Source: an uncultured Candidatus Binatia bacterium | GTDB taxonomy: Bacteria; Desulfobacterota; Binatia; UBA9968; JAJDTQ01 | Length of the DNA: 64,000 nt | Assembly (NCBI GenBank): GCA_965242525.1 | Contig: OZ251459.1 | Location: 2,144,001-2,208,000 of the forward strand | Direction: 5' to 3' | Position numbers and translations under genes: made by a program | The notes under the pieces: model-generated | Databases searched by the model: none | The model's input: only the letters and a program-made list of their open reading frames with translations | Told to the model about the DNA's origin: nothing | Shown: in pieces, positions 1 to 9,565 of the stretch | Position numbering within the stretch: the first letter of the stretch is position 1 | How the letters are laid out: each line of letters opens with the position of its first letter

Positions 1-437
1 GCACGGCCAACGCCTGGCGCCTGGAGCGGACCGTGCCCAAGCAGGAGATCCTGGAGCGCATCCGCGCGCGCTACCCGCTGGAGCCGGTGGGGAGGGACGA
101 CGGCAACGCGCCGTCCGTGGACTACGCCTTCCGGGACGGCAAGGGCATGGTCGGCGTGGTCGCGTCGGTGACCGAACCGTTCTGCGGCGCGTGCAGCCGC
201 GGCCGCCTGACCGCGGACGGCCGGTTGGTCACCTGCCTCTTCTCCCGCACCGGCCACGACCTGAAGGCGCGGCTCCGCAGCGGCGCGGGGGACCATGAGA
301 TCCGCCAATGGATGCACGCCGTCTGGAACGGGCGCACCGACCGTTTCTCGGCCGAGCGGCTCGACGCCATCCGGTCCCCCGACGGCTACGACCCGGAACG
401 GCGCCGGAAGATCGAGATGATTACGCTGGGGGGGTGA
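1..437 (+). CDS. moaA: GTP 3',8-cyclase MoaA, C-terminal part (5' end outside window)
   Basis: C-terminal Fe-S motif PFCGACSRGRLTADGRLVTCLF and the terminal MITLGG signature. Confidence 0.92.
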   Translation, partial: TANAWRLERTVPKQEILERIRARYPLEPVGRDDGNAPSVDYAFRDGKGMVGVVASVTEPFCGACSRGRLTADGRLVTCLFSRTGHDLKARLRSGAGDHEIRQWMHAVWNGRTDRFSAERLDAIRSPDGYDPERRRKIEMITLGG

Positions 438-503
438 CGCGCCGCCGCGGTCCGGGACGCGGGCGCCCTCCCCCTCCGACGCCCTTTCCGCCGGGAACCT
501 GAC

Positions 504-1589
504 ATGTTGCTCATCGACAACGAGACCGTAGAGGAAATCCTCGACATGAAGGGGTGCATCGCGGCCCTGGAGACCGGCTACCGGGACCTGCTGGCGCAGC
601 GTGCGGTGTACCGGCCCCGCATCGACCTGTACGTGCCCCAGGAAGAGCCCCACCGGATGTACCGTTGGGGCACCATGGAGGGCGCCAGCCGTTCCTTCGG
701 GGTCTTCGCCATCCGCATGAAGTCCGACATGCTGGAGTGGCCCGAGGGCCGAACCGTGGAGAAATACTGCATGGAGCCCGGGACCTACTGCGGCCTCGTG
801 CTGGTCTTCTCCGCGCAGAACGCCGAACCCCTGGCCATCATCAACGACGGCGTCATCCAGCACATGCGGGTGGGCGCCTGCGCCGGCCTCGCGGCCCGGT
901 ACCTGGCCCGGGAGGACGCATCGGTGGTGGGGATGCTGGGCTCCGGCGGCATGGCGGAGACCTACCTCCGGGCCTTCGCCGAAGTCCGGGAACTCCGGGA
1001 GGTCAAGGTCTATAGCCCCACCCCCGCCAACCGGGAAGCCTATGCGCGCAAGATGAACGAACTCCTCGGCATACCCGTGACCCCGCGCGAGACCGTGGAG
1101 GAAGTGGTGCGGGGCTCGGACATGGTGGCCACCTGCACCGATTCGGTCAGGGTGGTGGTAGAAGAACCCGGATGGGTGGAGGACGGCGCCTTCCTCACCT
1201 GCGTCCGCAGCAACGAATGGAACCCGAAGGTCCTCGACCGCTGCGGCCTCACCGTCAAGCTCGGGCGCGGCACCATCCATACTCTGGACGAAGGCATGCA
1301 GCGCATCGCCGGGTACGCCTCCTACGTGGCCGGCAGCGACCGCGAGACCGCCCGCATCGTCGCTCCCGGAGTCGATCTGTTCGCCGGCCAGTACCCCTTG
1401 CTCACCGAGGTCATGGACGGCGCCGCCCCGGGCCGGAGCAACGATTCGCAGGTGGCCTTCTTCCTGAACGACGGCACCCAGGGACTGCAATTCGCCTCGG
1501 TGGCAGGCTACGTGGTGCACCGGGCGCGGGATCTCGGGGCGGGCCGGGAGATCCCCAGGGAATGGTTCACCCAGGACATACGCGATTAG
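504..1589 (+). CDS. Ornithine cyclodeaminase / mu-crystallin family protein
   Basis: QHMRVGA, Rossmann GMLGSGGMA, VKVYSPT, TCTDS, GLQFASVA; 361 aa. Confidence 0.85.
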   Translation: MLLIDNETVEEILDMKGCIAALETGYRDLLAQRAVYRPRIDLYVPQEEPHRMYRWGTMEGASRSFGVFAIRMKSDMLEWPEGRTVEKYCMEPGTYCGLVLVFSAQNAEPLAIINDGVIQHMRVGACAGLAARYLAREDASVVGMLGSGGMAETYLRAFAEVRELREVKVYSPTPANREAYARKMNELLGIPVTPRETVEEVVRGSDMVATCTDSVRVVVEEPGWVEDGAFLTCVRSNEWNPKVLDRCGLTVKLGRGTIHTLDEGMQRIAGYASYVAGSDRETARIVAPGVDLFAGQYPLLTEVMDGAAPGRSNDSQVAFFLNDGTQGLQFASVAGYVVHRARDLGAGREIPREWFTQDIRD

Positions 1590-1637
1590 CCGTACGGAAA
1601 CTCTCGCGGGGGAACGGCAATCCAGGGAGAGAGACTC

Positions 1638-2627
1638 ATGCTCAAGGTGATTCCGGTGGAAGAAGCGGTGGGGATGCGCCTGGCCCACGACATTACCGAG
1701 ATCATACCGGGGGGCCACAAGGGTCCCCGGTTCAAGCGGGGGCACCTGATCGCCCAAGAGGACGTGCCAAGGCTGCTGGACGTGGGCAAGGCCCACATCT
1801 ACATCATGGAGCTGGCCCCGGACGAACTGCACGAAGAAGACGCCGCCCTCCGGCTGGCCCGGGCCGCCGCGGGAGGCGGCCTCAGGCTCTCGGACCCGAG
1901 CGAGGGCCGGGTCAACCTGGTGGCGGAAGGGGACGGACTGCTGGAGGTGGACCAGGATCGGCTGTTCCGCTTCAACGAGTTGGGGGACCTGATCCTGGCT
2001 ACGCTGCGTTCGGGGGAGTTCGTCCGGGAAGGCACGGTGGTGGGAGGCACGCGCACCATCCCGGTGGTGGTGAAGGAAGACTTGGCGGCCCGGGCCGAAG
2101 CCCTGTGCAAGGACGGGCCCATCGTATCAGTGGCGGCCATGCCCGCACGGAAGGTCTTCCTGCTGGTGACCGGAAGCGAGGTCTTCACCGGCCGCATCGT
2201 GGACGGCTTCGAGCCGGTGGTGCGCAAGAAGGTGGAGCGCATGGGCTCGACCCTGGAGCCCGCGGTCCTGGCCCCGGACGACCCGGACGTCATCGCCGGC
2301 CACATCCGGGAGTTCGCCGCCGGGGGCGCCGACGTCATCCTGGTGAGCGGCGGCATGTCCGTGGACCCTGACGACCTCACCCCCGAAGGCATCCGCCGAA
2401 GCGGCGCGGACGTGGTGTCCCACGGCTTCCCGGTGCTCCCCGGGTCCATGTTCCTCATGAGCTACCTGGGAGACGTGCCGGTCCTCGGCCTGTCCGGGTG
2501 CGTCCTCCACGACCCGATCACCGTCTTCGATTTCATGCTGCCCAAACTGCTGGCGGGCGCCCGTGTCACCCGCTGCGGCATCCTGCGCATGGGCCACGGC
2601 GGACTCCAGAAGAAGCACGACCACTGA
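1638..2627 (+). CDS. Molybdopterin-binding protein (MoeA/MoCF_biosynth-like)
   Basis: LAHDITEI, FKRGH, VTGSEV, SGGMSVDPDDLTP, PVLPGSMF. Confidence 0.8.
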   Translation: MLKVIPVEEAVGMRLAHDITEIIPGGHKGPRFKRGHLIAQEDVPRLLDVGKAHIYIMELAPDELHEEDAALRLARAAAGGGLRLSDPSEGRVNLVAEGDGLLEVDQDRLFRFNELGDLILATLRSGEFVREGTVVGGTRTIPVVVKEDLAARAEALCKDGPIVSVAAMPARKVFLLVTGSEVFTGRIVDGFEPVVRKKVERMGSTLEPAVLAPDDPDVIAGHIREFAAGGADVILVSGGMSVDPDDLTPEGIRRSGADVVSHGFPVLPGSMFLMSYLGDVPVLGLSGCVLHDPITVFDFMLPKLLAGARVTRCGILRMGHGGLQKKHDH

Positions 2628-2645
2628 CACCGGACAGGCGTCAAC

Positions 2646-2672
2646 AAACGTCAATACATCGTATTGACGTTT
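2646..2672. promoter_or_regulatory. Perfect 12-bp inverted repeat, putative operator overlapping a -35-like TTGACG
   Basis: AAACGTCAATAC-atc-GTATTGACGTTT; TTGACG (2664-2669) N17 TATCCA upstream of GTG 2700. Confidence 0.5.
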
Positions 2673-2699
2673 ACCCGTGTTTCCTGTATCCAACTCATC

Positions 2700-3191
2700 G
2701 TGGCGAAGACTGGACAGTTGCAGGTTCGCGTCAGTGCGGACGAGAGGGAGCGTATCAGGCAGCGCGCGGAAAACGCGGGCATGACCGTATCCGAATGGGT
2801 GCTCAGGCAGTTGCTGCCGCCCGTCGAGGATGAGTTCCAGGGGCTTTGCCTCGGTCTTGCGGAGCGGCCCGAATTCCGCACCCACGCCCTGGCCCATCTC
2901 CATGACTTCTTCCGGCGTCTGGGCGAACGGGAATTCTCCCTGGCCGTGCGGTACCCGCCGCAGGTGGAGTTGGCGCCGTTCGAGGCAAATTACGTGGCGG
3001 CGATGGTGGAGTACGCCGCGGTCCTCAAGGGGGCGCCGATGCCGGATTGGACCCGGGACGTGCCGCCCCTGGAGACGCCCTGGTTCGCCGCCCCCGAACG
3101 GAGCTTGCGGCTGCATCTGCTCACGCAGTCGCCGCCGCCGTTCCGCCGGCGCAACCTGTTCGTGGACGCCAGCGTCGGGAGCCGGGCATGA
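2700..3191 (+). CDS. RHH/MobC-like N-terminal domain protein, putative antitoxin/regulator
   Basis: N-term AKTGQLQVRVSADERERIRQRAENAGMTVSEWV fits a ribbon-helix-helix pattern; stop overlaps the next ATG (ATGA). Confidence 0.6.
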   Translation: MAKTGQLQVRVSADERERIRQRAENAGMTVSEWVLRQLLPPVEDEFQGLCLGLAERPEFRTHALAHLHDFFRRLGEREFSLAVRYPPQVELAPFEANYVAAMVEYAAVLKGAPMPDWTRDVPPLETPWFAAPERSLRLHLLTQSPPPFRRRNLFVDASVGSRA

Positions 3192-3754
3192 CGCCGCTGG
3201 CCCGAGAGGACATCCTCCGTTTGCTGCAACGGCTGAACGACGAGTTGGCGCGCGATGGCGTGTGCGGGGAACTCTACCTGGTCGGGGGCGCGGTGTTGTG
3301 CCTTGCCTTCGACGCTCGCCGGACGACGGTGGACCTCGACGGGTTCTTTCGTCCATCGCGCGAGATGCGTACGGCCGCGCGACGAGTCGCCGCGGCCGAA
3401 GGGCTGAACGACGACTGGCTGAACGACAGCGCCAAGGGGTTTCTCAGTAGCAAGGGGGACTTCCGACAACATCTGGCGCTGTCCAACCTGCGCGTGCTCA
3501 CGGCCAGCCCGGAATACCTGCTGGCGATGAAGTGTCTGGCCATGCGCCTCGGCGGAGAGTTCCACGACCGGGAGGACGTCAGGTTCCTGCTCCGTTACCT
3601 GAACGTCACGCAGCAGGACGCAGCCCTGGAGATGGTGAGCCGCTACTACCCGCCGGAAAAGATCCCGCAGAAGACGTTCTACGCGCTCGCGGAAATGGTC
3701 GAAGACCTGGCGGCAGCACAGGGTGTTGCACCCGCTTCGACCGGCAAGTGTTGA
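3188..3754 (+). CDS. Nucleotidyltransferase-fold protein (DUF6036/AbiEii-like), putative toxin
   Basis: LYLVGGAVL..RRTTVDLD, WLND, YLLAMK, DREDV; translationally coupled to the upstream gene. Confidence 0.7.
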   Translation: MTPLAREDILRLLQRLNDELARDGVCGELYLVGGAVLCLAFDARRTTVDLDGFFRPSREMRTAARRVAAAEGLNDDWLNDSAKGFLSSKGDFRQHLALSNLRVLTASPEYLLAMKCLAMRLGGEFHDREDVRFLLRYLNVTQQDAALEMVSRYYPPEKIPQKTFYALAEMVEDLAAAQGVAPASTGKC

Positions 3755-3863
3755 TACTCCGTCAGGTGTAGAGCGTCGTCCGACTACAAGGGTCCGAAAG
3801 GCCGAAGTAGTAGGCGGGCCCGTCCCGTTGAACGGGTCCCTGCGATGCAACCCGGGGCCGAGG

Positions 3864-3872
3864 TGCTATACT
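3864..3872 (+). promoter_or_regulatory. Extended -10 promoter element
   Basis: TGcTATACT ending 10 nt before ATG 3883; no clear SD, so possibly a near-leaderless mRNA. Confidence 0.4.
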
Positions 3873-3882
3873 GTTTGTCGCC

Positions 3883-5475
3883 ATGCGCTTCTTCAACACG
3901 TCGGGCCCCGTGGTCGCCGAAGACCACTACCGCATCCCGCCGCTGCAACGGGTGGATCTGGGCGAGGTCCTGGAGTTGATCCGGAGCAAGCGCTACTTCG
4001 TGCTCCATGCCCCCCGACAGACCGGCAAGACCTCCGTCCTGCTCGCCTTGCGGGACCTGCTGAACAGCGGCGCGGAGGGGGATTTCCGTTGCGTTTACGG
4101 AAACGTCGAGGCCGGTCAGGCTGCCCGGGAGGACGTGGGAGAGGCCATGCGCGCCGTCCTGGGCGAACTGGCGTCCAGGGCACTATCCTTGCACGACGAG
4201 TTCCCGGACGGCGCTTGGCCCGACATCCTCGCAAGGTCGGGTCCCCACGGAGCTCTCGGAGAGACCTTGACCCGCTGGTGTCGGGCGGACCCTCGCCCTC
4301 TGGTGCTGCTCATGGACGAGGTCGATTCCCTGGTGGGCGACACGCTCATCTCCGTGCTCCGCCAGTTGCGCGCAGGCTACGACCGGCGTCCCGAGGAGTT
4401 TCCGCACAGCGTGGTGTTGTGCGGCGTGCGTGACGTGCGCGACTACCGCATCCGGTCGAGCTCGGAGAACGCGGTGGTGGCCGGGGGCAGCGCGTTCAAC
4501 ATCAAGGCCGAATCCCTGCGCCTCGGGGACTTCACGGAAGCCGAAGTGCGCGCGCTGCTCAGCCAGCACACCACGGAGACCGGGCAGGCGTTCACCCCGG
4601 CGGCGCTGGATGCGGTCTGGCGGCAGACCCGCGGGCAGCCGTGGCTGGTCAACGCGCTCTGCCACCAGGCCTGCTTCCGCAACGAGGCCGGGCGCGACCG
4701 CTCCCACGCCATCACCCACGACGACGTCCTCGACGCCCAGGAACAACTCATCCTGCGCCGGGAGACCCACCTCGACCAACTCGCCGACAAGCTCCGGGAA
4801 GACCGCGTCCGCCGGGTGGTGGAGCCGCTGCTGACCGGCGGCGAGCCCCGGTACGGTTCGCGGGACCTGGAGTACGTGCGCGACCTGGGCTTGGTCACAC
4901 GGGAGTCCCCGCCGCGCATGGCCAACCCCATCTACGCCGAGGTGGTGCCGCGGGAACTGTCCCACGTGGTCCAGGACAGCCTGGAACAGGAAGTGGCCTG
5001 GTACGTGGACGCCGAGGGCGGCCTCGACATGGACAAGCTGCTCGCCGCCTTCCAGACGTTCTTCCGGGAACACTCGGAACACTGGCTGGGGCGCTTCGAC
5101 TACGCCGAAGCCGGTCCGCAACTCATCCTGCAGGCATTCCTCCAGCGGGTCGTGAACAGCGACGGCCGCGTCGAGCGGGAATACGGCCTGGGAAGGGGAC
5201 GAACCGACCTGCTCATCCTCTGGCCCCGGAAAGGCCGGGAAGCACCGGAACCCGCCGTGGACAAGTTCGTCATCGAGTGCAAGGTCCTGCACAAGAGCCT
5301 GGAGCAGAGCATCCGCGAAGGCCTGGAGCAGACCGCGGGCTACATGGACCGTTGCGCCGCCCAGGCCGGCCACTTGGTGGTCTTCGACCGAAACCCGGAC
5401 AGGCAGTGGGACGAAAAGATCTTCCGCCGGGACGAGTCCGTGGACGGGCGGGCGGTTACCGTGTGGGGGATGTAG
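3883..5475 (+). CDS. AAA-like P-loop ATPase with C-terminal PD-(D/E)XK-like domain
   Basis: Walker A HAPRQTGKT, Walker B LLMDEVD, C-term GRTDLLI...VIECK. Confidence 0.8.
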   Translation: MRFFNTSGPVVAEDHYRIPPLQRVDLGEVLELIRSKRYFVLHAPRQTGKTSVLLALRDLLNSGAEGDFRCVYGNVEAGQAAREDVGEAMRAVLGELASRALSLHDEFPDGAWPDILARSGPHGALGETLTRWCRADPRPLVLLMDEVDSLVGDTLISVLRQLRAGYDRRPEEFPHSVVLCGVRDVRDYRIRSSSENAVVAGGSAFNIKAESLRLGDFTEAEVRALLSQHTTETGQAFTPAALDAVWRQTRGQPWLVNALCHQACFRNEAGRDRSHAITHDDVLDAQEQLILRRETHLDQLADKLREDRVRRVVEPLLTGGEPRYGSRDLEYVRDLGLVTRESPPRMANPIYAEVVPRELSHVVQDSLEQEVAWYVDAEGGLDMDKLLAAFQTFFREHSEHWLGRFDYAEAGPQLILQAFLQRVVNSDGRVEREYGLGRGRTDLLILWPRKGREAPEPAVDKFVIECKVLHKSLEQSIREGLEQTAGYMDRCAAQAGHLVVFDRNPDRQWDEKIFRRDESVDGRAVTVWGM

Positions 5476-5508
5476 ATATCGAGAGGTCAACACAATGACC
5501 GACAGGTA

Positions 5509-5537
5509 TTGACACTTCACGGAGTATGGAGTATAGG
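5509..5537 (+). promoter_or_regulatory. Sigma70-type promoter for the low-GC operon
   Basis: TTGACA-N17-TATAGG; SD-like CAGGAG upstream of GTG 5586. Confidence 0.55.
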
Positions 5538-5585
5538 CCCCGACTAACTGATGCTTGGCCGCTTTCCCATGACAGGAGTTGTACC

Positions 5586-6620
5586 GTGACAGAACACCAC
5601 AAAATGCTCGAGGTGAATCAAATTGACTTCGACACTGAAAATCCCAGGATAAAAATGGCGTTGGAGAAATACGGTAGCCGTCTGAATGCCGAGCGCATTC
5701 ATTTTGCCTTGCGCTCCGCTACCGAAGGTTCCAGCGGTACTTCGTCCTACTCCAGCCTGAGAGATTCAATACGCTCTAGTCATGGGGTCATCGCGCCAAT
5801 CATCGTAAGACCTAAAGGCCACAGCTACGTCTGCATCGACGGAAATACCCGCCTGGCGATCTACAAACAGTTTCAAAGAGAAGAAATAGAAGGAGATTGG
5901 AGCAAAATCAAAGCCATTGTTCTCGATCATGCCGAACAGCGCGATATCGAAACCGTCCGTGTATCGGCACACCTGGTTGGCGCCCGAGAATGGCCTGCCT
6001 ACGAAAAGGCAAGGTATCTTCATTATCTCCGTAATCAGCAGTGTATGGATTACAGCGAAATGATAGCTCTCTGTGGCGGCAACAAAAACGAGATCGAACG
6101 TCAGATCGACGCATACCACGACATGAACTCATATTACCGAGATAAGGTGGACGACACCGCTTTTCGTATCGACCGTTATAGCGGATTCGTAGAACTTCAA
6201 CGGCCGCAGGTCAAGCAAGCCATTTTTGACGCAGAATTGGACCTAGAGGATTTTGGCGAGTGGATCCGCGATGGCAAAATATACCGCTTGGAGGATGTCC
6301 GCAAGTTGCCGAAAATCCTTCGAGACGATGAAGCCAAGCGGGTTTTCCTTGAAGGTGGACCTCGCTCAATAGAAGACGCCATGAAGGTTCTCGATCAGAG
6401 AACAGGGATCGGGGACTCTACGGACAAGGGGCAGACCAGAGTAGAACATGCCACCATCTACGAACTCGCGGACGCGCTCAGCCGGCGAATCAATGACATG
6501 CCCTATTCGCAAGTACGGGAATTGCGGGAGAAGACTGACGACGACACGGCAGATCAAATTACGCGATTAGAAGATCTATCCGTCAGGCTACGTAATTTGC
6601 TGAACGATGTCACAGAGTGA
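5586..6620 (+). CDS. ParB/Sulfiredoxin-like N-terminal domain protein (paralogue 1)
   Basis: ENPRI, PIIVR..YVCIDGNTRLA, HLVGAREWPAYEKA; start chosen from promoter and SD. Confidence 0.72.
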   Translation: MTEHHKMLEVNQIDFDTENPRIKMALEKYGSRLNAERIHFALRSATEGSSGTSSYSSLRDSIRSSHGVIAPIIVRPKGHSYVCIDGNTRLAIYKQFQREEIEGDWSKIKAIVLDHAEQRDIETVRVSAHLVGAREWPAYEKARYLHYLRNQQCMDYSEMIALCGGNKNEIERQIDAYHDMNSYYRDKVDDTAFRIDRYSGFVELQRPQVKQAIFDAELDLEDFGEWIRDGKIYRLEDVRKLPKILRDDEAKRVFLEGGPRSIEDAMKVLDQRTGIGDSTDKGQTRVEHATIYELADALSRRINDMPYSQVRELREKTDDDTADQITRLEDLSVRLRNLLNDVTE

Positions 6621-7050
6621 AACACACAGAAACCTGGTCCTCCAGGTCGCAAGAGCAATTGAGGACCGTTATGCCCAAATATCCGTCATTACCGATTTGC
6701 AGCAGAACCCTGGAGATACAGTGCCACCAATGATCTGCGGCCACCGCCCTGATGTTTACGCCTACGAAGAAGTACAGCGCCTCTGCATCGTTGCAGAGGC
6801 CAAGACCGATTCGGACCTCGACAATCTTCATACGCAACGCCAGTTGATGGCCTTTATCAACTATCTTAGCGACAGAGAAAAGAGCTTGTTCATCTTGTCG
6901 GTAAAGGGCACCAAGTCCGACCACGGGAAGACTCTGCTGCGGTTCACTCATCGACTTCTGGCTGTAAAGAACGTGCCTCTTGAAATTTTCGATGGTCATG
7001 ATTTCTGGTCCTTCAACCTACAGGACGAAACTACGTGGCATTTACTTTGA
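6607..7050 (+). CDS. Small PD-(D/E)XK-like nuclease-fold protein
   Basis: HRPDVYA...IVAEAKT...QL motif; overlaps both neighbours. Confidence 0.5.
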   Translation: MSQSETHRNLVLQVARAIEDRYAQISVITDLQQNPGDTVPPMICGHRPDVYAYEEVQRLCIVAEAKTDSDLDNLHTQRQLMAFINYLSDREKSLFILSVKGTKSDHGKTLLRFTHRLLAVKNVPLEIFDGHDFWSFNLQDETTWHLL

Positions 7051-8534
7051 GAAAACCACCCAGCCTGGTGGCAAGACACGAAGCCTATGCCTATCAGCTC
7101 GATGCTTTAAGAGCCGTAAAGGCGCTTCCTTATGCCGCCATATTCCACGAGCAAGGGCTCGGTAAAACAAAGATAGCTATTGACTTGATGTTGCTGTGGC
7201 TATCCAATGACTTAGTGGACACTGTATTTGTGATTACAAAAAAGAGCTTGGTTCAAAATTGGTTTGATGAACTTACCTCTCACTCATACGTAACTCCTCG
7301 AATTCTTTCCGATAACCGTCGCGAGAACAGCCTCGCACTAAACTCACCTGTATTGATCTATATTATGAACTACGAAGCAATCTCGGCAAATCTTCATTTG
7401 ATCGAGGATTTTCTCATTACCTGTAGGGTTGGCGCAATCCTTGACGAAAGTCACAAGATCAAAAACCCGCAAGCAAGGGCATCGATCTGCCTTCACTCTA
7501 TCGCCGACAAATTCTCGCGTAAGGTGATAATGACGGGAACGCCAGTGGCGAACCGTCCTTATGATCTTTGGTCGCAAGTCAAGTTTTTGGACGGAGGACA
7601 GTCTCTCGGGTCTTCTTTTGCTGATTTCAAAGCAACCTTTGATCTTCCCGGTCAGCCAAGTTGCACACAGGAATACAGTGAACGACTATCCAATATCATT
7701 GACAAGATTAGACATTTCTCGGTGCGAGAGACAAAGCGTACCGTAGAATTGAGCCTACCCGACAAGACAATACTAACTCATTTCGTGAACATGGCGCCTC
7801 GCCAAGCGGTAATATATGACTCCTACGTGACCGAAGCGGCCTACGAGATCAACCTTGGGGACGACCTGATTCTGGACAACGCCGAAGACATCCTGAAACG
7901 CCTGTTACGCCTGGTGGAGTGCGCCTCTAATCCTTTCTTGGTTGACAAGAGATACTCTGAGGTGCCAGGGAAGTTCTCCGAACTCTTGAAGCTTCTCCAG
8001 GAAATTGACTTACGAGCACATAAAGTGGTTTTGTGGACAGGGTTTGTTGATAATGTAGAATGGATAACTGCCCAATTGAAGGAGTTTTCGCCCTTGAAGG
8101 TTCATGGTCGTATGTCCATTGAGCAACGGAACCAGTCCATAAGCAGATTCAAAACCCACCAGAAACACCGTGTCTTTGTAGCCACGCCTGGCTCTGCAAA
8201 GGAAGGCTTAACTTTGACAGTAGCCAATCATGCTGTTTTCTACGATCGAAGCTTCAGTCTTGATGATTACCTCCAGGCGCAAGACCGAATTCATAGAATC
8301 TCTCAAACTGAAGACTGCTATGTACACAACTTGATCGCCAAACAAACCGTGGATGAGTGGGTGGATGCTTTGCTAAACGCAAAACATATCGCTGCACAGC
8401 TATCTCAAGGTGATATTTCTCAAGCTGAGTTTGAGTCTTCCTTTACCTTCAATTTAGCCGAAATACTGGCAGACATATTAACTTCCAGGTCGCTCGCTTC
8501 CAGGAGTCAGGAGAACGGAAAATGGCCGAAATAA
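7035..8534 (+). CDS. Compact SNF2/SWI2-family helicase/translocase
   Basis: EQGLGKT, ILDESHKIKN, MTGTP, EGLTLT, QAQDRIHRISQ. Confidence 0.88.
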   Translation: MAFTLRKPPSLVARHEAYAYQLDALRAVKALPYAAIFHEQGLGKTKIAIDLMLLWLSNDLVDTVFVITKKSLVQNWFDELTSHSYVTPRILSDNRRENSLALNSPVLIYIMNYEAISANLHLIEDFLITCRVGAILDESHKIKNPQARASICLHSIADKFSRKVIMTGTPVANRPYDLWSQVKFLDGGQSLGSSFADFKATFDLPGQPSCTQEYSERLSNIIDKIRHFSVRETKRTVELSLPDKTILTHFVNMAPRQAVIYDSYVTEAAYEINLGDDLILDNAEDILKRLLRLVECASNPFLVDKRYSEVPGKFSELLKLLQEIDLRAHKVVLWTGFVDNVEWITAQLKEFSPLKVHGRMSIEQRNQSISRFKTHQKHRVFVATPGSAKEGLTLTVANHAVFYDRSFSLDDYLQAQDRIHRISQTEDCYVHNLIAKQTVDEWVDALLNAKHIAAQLSQGDISQAEFESSFTFNLAEILADILTSRSLASRSQENGKWPK

Positions 8535-9565
8535 AGATCCTCAAGGAATCGGTGCAGGTAGTCAAGGAAGACTATGTGCATATCTACGAACTGAAGTTCC
8601 TGAAAGACAACCCTCGCGTATACGCGTGTACACATGAGTACCCGAATTTCGATGACTTGATGGAAGAGCAACAGCAAGACGTCATTTTCGATAAACTAAA
8701 GGAAGAGACGAGCGTCAAAAATCTCCGTCCTGAGATAGAACGGCATGGGGGCCTTATGGAGCCGATACTGGTTCGGCTCGATACACGCCAAGTCATTGAA
8801 GGCAATTCTCGCCTCGCTGTATACCGCCTGCTGTACGAAGGGACGAGGGAGAGCGACTGGGAATATATTCCGTGCAGCATGGTAAGTGGGCTAACAGAGC
8901 GTCAACAGGCCGCTTTTCTCAACGAAGTCCATGTGAAGGGCAAGACTCAATGGTCCCCCTACGAAAAGGCCAACTTCGCCTATGTCCGCAGGGAACGAGG
9001 TTGGAGTCTCAGTGACATCGCCGAACTTTTCGGAGAGTCAGTAAATACGATTAGAACCCGAGTAAAGGTCATTGAAACCATGAAAGGGAACTCGGATGGC
9101 ACAAAATCTCATTTCAGTCATTACGATGTACTAGTTCGAATACCTGCTATAGAGAAGGAGCTTTCTCAAAATGACGAGCTGCGCAATCTTCTTTACGCGG
9201 AGATCAAGAAGATCGATCCCAGAGACGACAAGAGCGCGAATGAGGACGAAACTGGCGAAGAGGACGAAAGCGGTTTCACCGCGCAGGAACTCAGGAGGAA
9301 ACTGCCCGCGATCATCGAGAAACCTAAGGTTTTGCGAAAATATATCGAAGGTGAAATAGATTTGGACGAAGGCTACCAGCGTGCGAAGATCAGCAACGCG
9401 GAAACCCGAGTTCGGAAAGCAAAAGGACTTTTGGAGGACGTTTCTCGAGAAGAGGTGACAAGGCTCGAACAGAATCGCTTCAATGCGTTCAAACAGGATG
9501 TACGGAGGATATCCCGCGTAGTGGAGCGCCTCAATGAGATCACAAAGGACCGTGAGACACCATGA
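8522..9565 (+). CDS. ParB/Sulfiredoxin-like N-terminal domain protein (paralogue 2)
   Basis: DNPRV, EPILV..VIEGNSRLA, HVKGKTQWSPYEKA followed by HTH-like WSLSDIAELFGESVNTIR. Confidence 0.72.
   Translation: MAEIKILKESVQVVKEDYVHIYELKFLKDNPRVYACTHEYPNFDDLMEEQQQDVIFDKLKEETSVKNLRPEIERHGGLMEPILVRLDTRQVIEGNSRLAVYRLLYEGTRESDWEYIPCSMVSGLTERQQAAFLNEVHVKGKTQWSPYEKANFAYVRRERGWSLSDIAELFGESVNTIRTRVKVIETMKGNSDGTKSHFSHYDVLVRIPAIEKELSQNDELRNLLYAEIKKIDPRDDKSANEDETGEEDESGFTAQELRRKLPAIIEKPKVLRKYIEGEIDLDEGYQRAKISNAETRVRKAKGLLEDVSREEVTRLEQNRFNAFKQDVRRISRVVERLNEITKDRETP

Noticed and set aside
3770-3840. Possible structured RNA (GGTCCGAAAGGCC hairpin region)
   Set aside because: Pairing is short and imperfect; no recognisable family
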